A stretch of 64,000 bases of DNA. Origin: a virus. A program made the position numbers and the translations under genes. Below the pieces are notes generated by a model. That model did no database searches. It was not told where the DNA came from and saw nothing but the letters and a program-made list of their open reading frames with translations. Shown here piece after piece: positions 8,416-17,151 of this stretch (the first letter of the stretch is position 1; each line of letters begins with the position of its first letter). The DNA lies in IMG/VR virus record IMGVR_UViG_3300035242_000035, positions 17,073 through 81,072 of that record, one strand, 5' to 3'.

Positions 8416-9920
8416 CGCCAGCTGCTGCCGAGTGGTTGATCATCGGCGCGGTGCTCGACGCCGAAGCGATGAAGATCTCACCGCGCGAGTTGGTTGAGGC
8501 GTCCGGGCTCTGTGGTGCGGACTTTTCGGACCCGCGCACTCGGTCCACCTGGCTGTCGATCACCAGCCTCGCGGAGCACAAGCGGCCGGTGTCGGCGTCC
8601 ACCGTCTTCATGGCGGCGCGCGCCGCCGGTCAGTTGGCCGAGCACGACCTGGCCACGCTGCAGACGCTGCAGGCGCGGAACGCCGTGACGCGAGAGCAGT
8701 TCAAACAGCTCGCAGAGACCTTCCGCCACGCCGCGCGTGGACAGCAGGTCGCCCAGCGACTGCGCCAGATGGCCGATGACCTCGAGCAAAGGCGAGTCAG
8801 TCCGTCGACCATCTCAGGGAGCCTTGAGGGGCTCGCCGCCAACCTCACCTCGCAGTGGGCGCCCGATCACCGCGGTGACGAAGATCTCCACGAGGTGCTC
8901 GGTGAGTGGGACCACGCCGGACAACCAGGCGGCAGGCCGTTGGTCGTCCCGACCGGCATCGAAGCGCTAGACGCTGGAGATCTGAAGTTCAGGGGGTGGG
9001 CGCCGAACCTCAATTTGGTCATCGGCCAGCCGTCGGTTGGTAAGTCGGCCGTGGAGGCGGCCTGCATCATCGCGGCGCTCCGGGCGGGCCGGAGGCCGGG
9101 CATCTTTGGGATCGAGGACGGCACCAAGTGGCTCACTCGCCGGTTCATCGCGGCGGAGTTGGGGATCGCGGTGGCCGATGTCGGGACCGTGCCGTACACG
9201 GAGGAGCAGGCGGGCCGGATTCAAGGGAAGGGCCAAGAGTGGTCGGAGTTGCTACGAAACCTGATCACCTTCAAGTCGAGCCACGTCAACGCGGACGAGC
9301 TCATCCGCAGGTCCGTCCACTGGATTCGAAACGAGGGCGTGACGGAAATTTGGGTTGACCACCTCGGGCAGATTTCACACCGCCGCCAATACGGTGAGGA
9401 CACCAGGCACGCGATCGGACGCACCCTGCTCAACATCCGCGCTGCTGGCGAGCGTTACCAGACGCCCATGATCGTCTTGGCCCACACGTCGCGACCAGAC
9501 CCAAAGGACAGAGAGGAGCGGCCACCGCTCATGACGGAGATCGCCGAGTCCGCGATCGCTGAGCGGTCGGCATACAAGATCATCGGGCTGTGGCGAAAGA
9601 ACGGCGAGATGCGAGCCACCATTTTGAAGAACAAGGACGGCAGGCGAGACGTCACGGTGGGCCTAAACGTGTTCCATGACGCGGCATTGGTGGACGCCGC
9701 GGGTGGCGAGGTCGTGGATCTTGGCAAGGAACGAGGCGCCGAGAGAGCCGCGCGGGAGGCGGAGCGCGAGGAGAGGCTCAAAAAGGTCCGGGCCCAGCGA
9801 TTCGAGGAGACGCAGGAGCGAAAGCGCAAGGCGGCCCGTGAGCGCGCTCGCGAGGGTCGCCTCTTCGACGAAACGGAAGAGAAGAGCTCTGCGCCAGCCA
9901 AGACGGAGGCGAAGGCGTGA
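8412..9920 (+). CDS. dnaB: DnaB-like replicative helicase
   Basis: PTGIEALD, Walker A GQPSVGKS, IWVDHL, IAESAIAE, ILKNKDG. Confidence 0.85.
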   Translation: MTPAAAEWLIIGAVLDAEAMKISPRELVEASGLCGADFSDPRTRSTWLSITSLAEHKRPVSASTVFMAARAAGQLAEHDLATLQTLQARNAVTREQFKQLAETFRHAARGQQVAQRLRQMADDLEQRRVSPSTISGSLEGLAANLTSQWAPDHRGDEDLHEVLGEWDHAGQPGGRPLVVPTGIEALDAGDLKFRGWAPNLNLVIGQPSVGKSAVEAACIIAALRAGRRPGIFGIEDGTKWLTRRFIAAELGIAVADVGTVPYTEEQAGRIQGKGQEWSELLRNLITFKSSHVNADELIRRSVHWIRNEGVTEIWVDHLGQISHRRQYGEDTRHAIGRTLLNIRAAGERYQTPMIVLAHTSRPDPKDREERPPLMTEIAESAIAERSAYKIIGLWRKNGEMRATILKNKDGRRDVTVGLNVFHDAALVDAAGGEVVDLGKERGAERAAREAEREERLKKVRAQRFEETQERKRKAARERAREGRLFDETEEKSSAPAKTEAKA

Positions 9921-10297
9921 CCACATCGACGGTGCTCAGGAAAGCGCGGCGCCTGTTCGAGGCTGGGTGGAATGAATCGTCATGGGGGTCCTCTGGTATA
10001 CGCACGTGGTCCGTCAAGGTGTCGATCGATGCTTGCGCCACCGACCCAGGGCATCTCGCCGCAGCGTCCCGCCTGCTAGAGCACGTCGCCCTGCCAGACA
10101 AAGCCCCCTCCGATGCGGTAATCGCGGCCCACATCGAGGGGCGCGTGACGGACGAGAACGTTGCGAGCCCGACCGAAGTCCCAGGGGCCGGCTCGCGCTT
10201 GCGTGATTGGCTGGAGTCGCCGGACCGAAGGCTGACGGAAGTGATCGCGGTGTTCGACGCGGCGACCCTTCGAGCAAAAATGCTGGAGGGCGATTGA
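9917..10297 (+). CDS. Hypothetical protein
   Basis: GTGA coupling to helicase. Confidence 0.65.
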   Translation: MTTSTVLRKARRLFEAGWNESSWGSSGIRTWSVKVSIDACATDPGHLAAASRLLEHVALPDKAPSDAVIAAHIEGRVTDENVASPTEVPGAGSRLRDWLESPDRRLTEVIAVFDAATLRAKMLEGD

Positions 10298-10441
10298 CGC
10301 CGCTCACCCTCGCGCGCCTACCGCACGCTGGGCTGATCCGCCGTCGCGGCGGCGCGCGCCGGCCGGAGGACATCGGCTGCTCGGTGCCGGAGGGCGAATA
10401 GGCAGCGGAGTGATTTTGCGGGATCGGAAAGGAGAAGTGGC

Positions 10442-11437
10442 ATGGGTAAGGATTCGAGCATCGAGTGGCTGGGCGAAGGCGGCATCACGTCGAGCCCGTG
10501 GGAGGGTTGCACGCACGCGCACGTCGGGTGCAAGGCGCCCGGCGTCGTGGCGAGTTGCTACGCTGAGGTGCTGAACCGGCGTTGGCGCGGCGGCGAGAAC
10601 TGGGGCAAGGGCGCCCCGCGTCGCGTCGCGAAGGGCTTCTGGACCGAGGTGCCAAGGCACGCCCGCGCGCTCGCGAGGCAAGGCAAGCGCGGCTCGCTGT
10701 TCATGAGCATCTGCGACCCGCTCGATGCCGAGGTGTGGAATCTCGACCCGAAGGACAACCGCGACGGGCGCGCGGACCGCAACACCGCGCGCGACATGAT
10801 CCAGATTATTAGAGAGTCAATCGAGAGGTGTGGTGACTGCGGACGCTCGCTACGAGCCGGCAACGAATCCTGCCAAGGCACCGCTTGTACGCCTCGCCTG
10901 CGCGGCGGGCTGACCCCGCTCCTGCTCACCAAGCGCCCTGAGAACGCGCATCTTGTCCCCGAGGACGTGCGGCGTCATACCTGGCTCATCTACAGCGCCA
11001 GCGACCGGGCGAGCCTAAGGATGGGCATCGACGCCCTGCTGCGCGCGGAGGGGTTCGCCGGCCTCGGATTGAGCCTGGAGCCGTTGCTCGGCCCGGTCGA
11101 CATCCAATTGTTCCTGCATGCCGACTGGTGCAAACTGCAGGACGCTGGCTACTGCGACTGCGGGGGCCCCGAGCGGAGGCGGATAGATCGGGTCGGCTGG
11201 GTGATCATCGGCGGCGAGAGTGGTGCCGGCGCGCGCCCGTACGACCTCGCCTGGCCGCGCTCGATCATCGCGCAGTGCCGCACCGCTGGCGTGCCGGTGT
11301 TTCACAAGCAGGCCGGCGCGAACCCCCTCTTCGAATACGGCGAGCGGTACTTCGTCCAAGACGCGAAGGGCGGTGACCCGTCCGAGTGGCCACTGGACCT
11401 CAAGGTTCGTGAATTCCCGGAGGGGCTGCGCCGATGA
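10442..11437 (+). CDS. Phage Gp37/Gp68 (DUF5131) family protein
   Basis: SSIEW, PWEGC..GC..CYAE, LLTKRPEN, SLEPLLG, WVIIGGESG..ARP, VFHKQ. Confidence 0.9.
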   Translation: MGKDSSIEWLGEGGITSSPWEGCTHAHVGCKAPGVVASCYAEVLNRRWRGGENWGKGAPRRVAKGFWTEVPRHARALARQGKRGSLFMSICDPLDAEVWNLDPKDNRDGRADRNTARDMIQIIRESIERCGDCGRSLRAGNESCQGTACTPRLRGGLTPLLLTKRPENAHLVPEDVRRHTWLIYSASDRASLRMGIDALLRAEGFAGLGLSLEPLLGPVDIQLFLHADWCKLQDAGYCDCGGPERRRIDRVGWVIIGGESGAGARPYDLAWPRSIIAQCRTAGVPVFHKQAGANPLFEYGERYFVQDAKGGDPSEWPLDLKVREFPEGLRR

Positions 11438-11541
11438 GCGCGCTCGTGATGGTCGGCCGCATGGCCGCGAACGCGAGGCGCGCCAAGCGCGACTGTCCGC
11501 GCCGGAAGGCGGTCGGGAGCAAGCGCTTCGGAGGCTCCTAG

Positions 11542-11757
11542 GTGCGCGGGACGTGTTTATGCGGGCGCGATGCAGAACAGCGCTGCACGCGCTGCGGTCG
11601 GCGGCTCTGCGTCCGGCACTACGCGCTCTCACTGGTTTCTCGTGACAGAGGCGCCGGAGCAGTCCCGGCCTGCATGCCCGTCTGTGACGCGGGCTTTTGG
11701 AGCGACCCCAGCTCCGTGATGGAGTGGATGTCAGACAGCGAAAGGAGAGGCACGTGA
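11542..11757 (+). CDS. Small Cys-rich Zn-finger protein
   Basis: CLC..CTRC..LCVRH..CMPVC. Confidence 0.5.
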   Translation: MRGTCLCGRDAEQRCTRCGRRLCVRHYALSLVSRDRGAGAVPACMPVCDAGFWSDPSSVMEWMSDSERRGT

Positions 11758-12380
11758 GCAACAGGACCAAGGCGGAGCAGGAGGAGCGCCGGCGCTGGTG
11801 GGAGCGGAAGCCGCTGCCGGTGGCGGTGCTGGGGGTGGATCCCGGGGAGCGCGCCGGAGCGGCACTGCACCTGCCAAAGGCGGGGGTGCTGTGGTCGCGG
11901 CAGGTGGAGACCAACACCCGACAGCTCGAGCAGGCGCTGGAGCAGGCGCTGCGCGACGCCTGGACGGCCGGATGCTCGCGACTCCTGATGGTGATCGAGG
12001 AGTGGGGCCGAGGCGGGAAGATGGGGATCGACCAGTGGCTCGGCCTCGGGGCCGCGCTCGGGGCCTGGCGCCGCACCGCCGCTCTGCTGGTGGCGGAGTG
12101 CGGCGACCCGTGGGCGCAGCTGCTCACCAAGACGCGCTCCACCGTCAGGGTTCCGATGGTGACCTGGCGGTCCCATATGTTCGAGGTGTTCGGAGCATAC
12201 GCTGGCGGCAAGTACCGGCCCTTCAAGTCGGCGGACTGGAAGGAGCAGGCGGTCCGGCGATGCGCCGAACTCTTCCCCGCCATGACGTTCGACGGCCCCG
12301 ACGCCGCGGAGGCGGCGCTCATTGCCTACTACGGCGCGCGATCAGACGAGGCCGGGAAGGTGGTCGGGGCGTCGTGGTGA
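11754..12380 (+). CDS. RuvC-like Holliday junction resolvase
   Basis: VLGVDPG, VIEE, DAAEAALIA; strong RBS. Confidence 0.75.
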   Translation: MSNRTKAEQEERRRWWERKPLPVAVLGVDPGERAGAALHLPKAGVLWSRQVETNTRQLEQALEQALRDAWTAGCSRLLMVIEEWGRGGKMGIDQWLGLGAALGAWRRTAALLVAECGDPWAQLLTKTRSTVRVPMVTWRSHMFEVFGAYAGGKYRPFKSADWKEQAVRRCAELFPAMTFDGPDAAEAALIAYYGARSDEAGKVVGASW

Positions 12381-13054
12381 CCAGACCGCGGGAGTGGGCG
12401 CGGATCTGCACCGACAAGGTGGCGCTCAACATTCGTACCGGCGCCCAGCTGCAGGACCGCAGGCCACTGGCGATCCGCGTCGGCCGCGGCAAGGCGCCAG
12501 TGCCGCCTGATTGGGAGGTGTGGATCGAGGAGGGCGAGGTCCGCGCGCAGCCGCCCGGCGGCAAGGCGGTCCGCGTCGGGCCCGCTCCCAAAGTCGGCGA
12601 GCTGATCTGGGTGCGCGAGTGCTGGCGGACCGAAGAGACCCCGGACGGGACCGATGGGATCCGCTTCCGCGCGGACGACGCCTTCCATCCAATCACAGCA
12701 ACGAGAGAGTCGGCAGACCGCTGGATGGGCCTCCACCGGTGCGACGGCGAGACGACGGTCCGCCCATGGCGCCCGAGCATCCACATGCCGCGCTGGGCCT
12801 GCCGGACCGAACGGCGGATCGCCCGCGTGTGGGTCGAGCACGCGCAGGACATCTCGGAGGACGACGCGGCGGCCGAGGGCCTGGAGCCATGCCGGATCCA
12901 GCATGCCCGCGGTCTAGGGCTGTTCCGCGACGCCTTCGCCCACCTTCTGGACGAGCTCTACCCCGGATCATGGCCGAGAAACGACTGGCTCTTGGCCGTC
13001 GCTCTCGAGGTGGCACCCGAGCACGCGAAGGCCGAGGAAGGAAGACGGCGATGA
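12377..13054 (+). CDS. ASCH/PUA-like phage protein
   Basis: GELIWVRECW, WRPSIHMPRWACR, QDISEDDAAAEG. Confidence 0.8.
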   Translation: MTRPREWARICTDKVALNIRTGAQLQDRRPLAIRVGRGKAPVPPDWEVWIEEGEVRAQPPGGKAVRVGPAPKVGELIWVRECWRTEETPDGTDGIRFRADDAFHPITATRESADRWMGLHRCDGETTVRPWRPSIHMPRWACRTERRIARVWVEHAQDISEDDAAAEGLEPCRIQHARGLGLFRDAFAHLLDELYPGSWPRNDWLLAVALEVAPEHAKAEEGRRR

Positions 13055-13632
13055 CCCAACTGGATCTCATTGGCGCAGGGATGTCACGGCGTCCGCGACG
13101 CGTGACGGGCTTCCCGGAGTTCATCGGCTTTGGCCAGGACGAAGAGGGCCCGTATCGCTATCGCCTTTGGCGCATCTGGGACGCGACCCGTCTCCCGGTG
13201 TGCTTCGCAATGCTGAACCCGAGCACTGCCGACGACGTAGAGCCTGATCCAACCGTTCGCCGATGCCTGGATTTTGCCATCCGTTGGGGCGCTGGTGGAC
13301 TCCTGGTGGTGAACGCTTTCGCCTGGCGCTCGACGGATCGAGAGGTTCTCTTCACGCTCAATGATCCCATCGGGCCGAGGAACATCGCCGCGCTAACGTG
13401 GGGCGCGCTGAACGCCTCCATGGTGGTCGCCGGATGGGGGACTGGCGGGGCGCTTCTCTCTGGTGGCGACCGCGCACTCCACCAGCTGACCTATCACGCC
13501 GACGTGTATGCGCTGCGCGAGACGAAGGGCGGCTTCCCTGAACACCCACTCTACGTTCCCAAGGTCACTGTCCCCATCCGATTCGCGCGCCGGCGACCCC
13601 GAGCGCCGCGCCGCGCCTGGGAGGCCACGTGA
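13051..13632 (+). CDS. DUF1643 domain protein
   Basis: YRYRLWRIWD, MLNPSTAD..DPTVRRC, VNAFAWRST, GWG, HPLY. Confidence 0.9.
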   Translation: MTQLDLIGAGMSRRPRRVTGFPEFIGFGQDEEGPYRYRLWRIWDATRLPVCFAMLNPSTADDVEPDPTVRRCLDFAIRWGAGGLLVVNAFAWRSTDREVLFTLNDPIGPRNIAALTWGALNASMVVAGWGTGGALLSGGDRALHQLTYHADVYALRETKGGFPEHPLYVPKVTVPIRFARRRPRAPRRAWEAT

Positions 13633-13710
13633 CCCACTCGCGCCCCAGCGGCCGATTGCGCATCCTGCCCAGTCCGTGAGAAAGATGCTGCCCAGGAAAG
13701 GAGACCCCAG

Positions 13711-14414
13711 GTGAACGAGCATTCCAGGCGTATCGTCCACTCCAGCGAGGTGCAGAACTACGGGACGCCGCGTGACTTCTTCGCGTGGCTTCAGGCCGCC
13801 TTCGCGATGCAGGTGGACGCGTTCGCCGAGGACTGGAACGCCAAACTCCCGCGCTACTGGACCGTGAAGGACGACGGCTTCCGGATGCCGTGGGACGGGC
13901 TGAGGGTCTTCTACAACCCCGAGTACAACTCCACGTTGGACGCCGTGAACAAGGCCCGCGACCAGGCGGAACGCTTCGGCACATTGTCCGTGGGGCTCGT
14001 CGCCGCGCGCACGTCGAGCCACTCCGGGCGCGGGAAGGGCGGCTTCTGGGACCGCGTGAAAGCCAACTCCGGCCCGATGCGGCGGAGCTATTACCACGCG
14101 ACGCCAGGAGGGGCGGCGGACGTGCTGTGGATCTGCTGGCGCGGGCTGACCACGGGCATCTACTTCCACGATGACCGGCTTATCTTCGACCATCAGGCAA
14201 AGGACACCATCCAGGCGCCATGGTCATCTTCGCGCCGCCGGTCGGCGCGCCCATGCCGAAGCCACCGCCCACACGCGTGCCGCGGAAGCTCATCGTCCAG
14301 ATGGACGCCGAGGGCAGGGGCTATAGCCAGCGGCCGCTCCTCTCTGACGGGCAGCCGTGGGGGCGTGGGCCGCAAATGCCGGCGAGGATTATCGGAGGTG
14401 CTGTCGCCGCCTAA
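13711..14414 (+). pseudogene. Phage Dam-type N6-adenine MTase, apparent frameshift near 14190
   Basis: YGTPRDFF, VDAFA...NAK, DDGF..PW, FYNPEY; the expected tail (..GKGHHPGAMVIF) lies in another frame. Confidence 0.7.
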
Positions 14415-14575
14415 ATCTCAGGCGCGATGGCCCGGAGGCGGCCCCGTGTTTTGGTCCTCGTCCGCGCACACGGACGAGGCACCTCTCCTTTCCCACGGGG
14501 CAGCCTCCTCTTTCAGAGCAGCACCGCGCCGGCATGACGCCGGTGCGGAACGAGCAGAACGGGAGGGTGAAGCAG

Positions 14576-14854
14576 ATGGCCAAGAGCCGAGGCAAGAGGC
14601 AGATGGAGATTCCCGGCACCGAGCAGAAGCAGATCAAAGAGGTGACCGACGCGGCCGAGGTCTACGAGGCGGTCCGGGACAAGCGAATGGCGCTCACCGA
14701 GAAGGAGACCGCGGCCATGGCGACGCTGGTCGAGGTGATGACCAAGCACAAGATCACCGCCTACAAGGACTCCAATGCCGTCCCGCCGCTGGTGGTGGTC
14801 GTGCAACCCGGCAAGGTGAAGGCCAAGGTCTCTAGGATCAAGGAAGACGAGTAG
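14576..14854 (+). CDS. Hypothetical protein
   Basis: GGAGGG RBS, coiled helix then beta tail, typical codon usage. Confidence 0.7.
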   Translation: MAKSRGKRQMEIPGTEQKQIKEVTDAAEVYEAVRDKRMALTEKETAAMATLVEVMTKHKITAYKDSNAVPPLVVVVQPGKVKAKVSRIKEDE

Positions 14855-14964
14855 GGCGGGGCTTGCCGGCCAGGCCTCCGGTCTGGCATCTTGGCGGCGT
14901 CGGAAAGGAGAGGTACCCAAACCATGATGGTGTCCAGCCTCTGCGCACCCGCGAGGTGCGCTCG

Positions 14965-17151
14965 ATGAGTGATCACGTCTTCACCGCACTGTTCCCGTTC
15001 TGCGGCCTCGGAGCTGGCGCTCGCGGCTTCATCGAAGCGATGGCCCATCTCGGCACGGACTCGGCTCGGTTCCTCAACCTCGGCGGGATCGACGTCGACG
15101 CGGAGAGTTGCTCCGACTTCGAGAGGTTGGCCGGCGGCCCAGCGCTCCGGGCCGACCTGCACTCGCTCACGCCGGCCGAGCTCATCGCCTGGCTGGTGGC
15201 GCAGCACGGGAGGAAGATCGCGGAGAGAAGGCCCGACGCCGTATTTCTGTCTCCGCCATGCAAAGGCATGAGCAGATTGCTCGGGACGAAGGCGGCAAGG
15301 GCCGAGAAGTATCAGCGCCTCAACGGCCTCGTGTGCGAGGGGCTGTTCCTCGTCCTGGAGACGTGGCCGGACGCCAGGCCGCCGCTGATCGTGCTGGAGA
15401 ACGTGCCGGGCATCGTCCAGCGCGGGGCCGAACTACTCGACCGCGCGCGGCGGATGCTGTCCGGGTACGGGTACGTCTTCAACGCGGCCACCCACGACTG
15501 CGGCGAGATCGGCGGGCTCGCCCAGCACCGCAAGCGCTTCCTGTTGGTGGCGCGCGACCCGCGCCAGGTGCCGGCGTTCGTCTACCAACCGCCGAAGAAG
15601 CGGGTGCGCGGGTGTGGCGAGGTGCTCGGCGAGCTCGCGCTCCCCGGCGACCCGGAGGCCGGACCGCTCCACCGGCTCCCGCTGATCGATTGGGTGAATT
15701 GGGTGCGGCTGGCGCTGATCCCCCCGGGCGGAGACTGGCGGGACCTCCCCCGCACCGTCCAACTCGCTGCCGACAACCCTAACCGTCACGAGGCGAAGCT
15801 GCGGGTCGAGGACTTCTCCCAGCCCGCGCATGCGGTGACGGGCGCCACGCGGCCGAACTCCGGCGCGCCCTCTGTTGCGGACCCGAGGGTGCTGGGCTTG
15901 AACTTGAGCCCCAACGCCCACAACAACCTCTATGTCGTGGGCGCGTGGGAGGAACCAGCGAAGACGGTGATAGGCGCTACCCGCCCGGGCAGCGGCGCTG
16001 CCGCTGTCGCGGATCCCCACCTAGAGAAACTCCAGCCGGGGCTCACGGCCACCAATGCGGGGACCTGGAAGGGTCGGCCGGGCTTCATGGGCGTGCTCGA
16101 CTGGCGGGAGCCGTCTCGGACGGTGGTCGGTCGCTCCTCTGTCAGCGGGGGTCATGCCAGCGCGGCCGTCGCCGAGCCGTTCGGCCACGTGAACCTGGTG
16201 CTCGGATGGGACCAACCGTCTGGCACGGTCACCCACGCCCCAGCGCCCAGCTCGGGTGGCGGCGCCGTCGCTGACCCGCGTGTGCCCGGGCTGGAGATCT
16301 CCGACTCATCCCGTGGCGGCGCGCTGGGGGTGATTGGTTGGGCCGAACCGGCACCCACCATCACCGGGAGCATGGAGCCCGCGCGCAGCAACACGCCGGG
16401 CTCAGTGGCGGACCCACGCTTCCGCGGCAGCCTGGGCGTGACGGCCTGGCAGGCGCCTGCTCGAACCGTCACCGGCGAGAGCTACCCGAGCAATGGGGCC
16501 GCCTCGGTCGCTGACCCGCGTCTGGTCTCGCCTGTTCAGCCAGGCCAAGCCCGTCGCGAGGTGATCGGCCGGCACCGGGTGCTCGACTGGCGGCACCCGT
16601 CCCCGGTGGTCGCCGGCCCCGGCAGCAACGGCGCGCAGAACATCGCCGACGTGAGGGCCGAGGCGCTCGTGCTCGGCTGCTCCCCGCGAGCCGGCGTGTA
16701 CGGCGTGCTGTCCTGGGAGCAGGCCGCGGCCACGGTGATCGGCGAGGCCCGGGTGGACAACGGCCGGTACGCGGTCGCCGACCCTCGGCCCGGCGATCCC
16801 GGTTGGCGCCCGCCGGAGGGGGTAATCCCGGTCATCATCTCACCGTGGGGCTGCTGGCACCGGCCGCTGACGACGCTGGAGCTGGCGGCGCTGCAGGGGC
16901 TCCCGGCGACGCTCAACGGCAAGCCGCTGGAACTAGCTGGCCGGGCAGTGTCCAGGTGGCGCGAGCGCATCGGCAACGCCGTGCCGGTCCAGGCCGGGAC
17001 CGCGATCGCCGTGAGCCTGCTGAAGGCGCTGCTCGCCTCCGCGGTCGGCCACTGGTCCATCCTCTTCGGGCCGGGCGGCGCCGCGGTGTGGGTCCGGGAT
17101 GACGGGCGGGACGAGCACGAGGTGGGCCCTTCGGAGGGGGTGTCTCCATGA
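14965..17151 (+). CDS. C5-cytosine DNA methyltransferase with 8 internal repeats
   Basis: FCGLGAG (motif I), SPPCKG (IV), ENVPG (VI), QHRKR (VIII), RPLT..ELAALQG (IX), IGNAVP (X). Confidence 0.93.
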   Translation: MSDHVFTALFPFCGLGAGARGFIEAMAHLGTDSARFLNLGGIDVDAESCSDFERLAGGPALRADLHSLTPAELIAWLVAQHGRKIAERRPDAVFLSPPCKGMSRLLGTKAARAEKYQRLNGLVCEGLFLVLETWPDARPPLIVLENVPGIVQRGAELLDRARRMLSGYGYVFNAATHDCGEIGGLAQHRKRFLLVARDPRQVPAFVYQPPKKRVRGCGEVLGELALPGDPEAGPLHRLPLIDWVNWVRLALIPPGGDWRDLPRTVQLAADNPNRHEAKLRVEDFSQPAHAVTGATRPNSGAPSVADPRVLGLNLSPNAHNNLYVVGAWEEPAKTVIGATRPGSGAAAVADPHLEKLQPGLTATNAGTWKGRPGFMGVLDWREPSRTVVGRSSVSGGHASAAVAEPFGHVNLVLGWDQPSGTVTHAPAPSSGGGAVADPRVPGLEISDSSRGGALGVIGWAEPAPTITGSMEPARSNTPGSVADPRFRGSLGVTAWQAPARTVTGESYPSNGAASVADPRLVSPVQPGQARREVIGRHRVLDWRHPSPVVAGPGSNGAQNIADVRAEALVLGCSPRAGVYGVLSWEQAAATVIGEARVDNGRYAVADPRPGDPGWRPPEGVIPVIISPWGCWHRPLTTLELAALQGLPATLNGKPLELAGRAVSRWRERIGNAVPVQAGTAIAVSLLKALLASAVGHWSILFGPGGAAVWVRDDGRDEHEVGPSEGVSP

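Noticed and set aside
14885-14900. Third sigma54 promoter (TGGCATC...CGGC)
   Set aside because: Poor -12 box and no upstream repeat; fits a sigma70-like TTGCCG/CATCTT arrangement as well.
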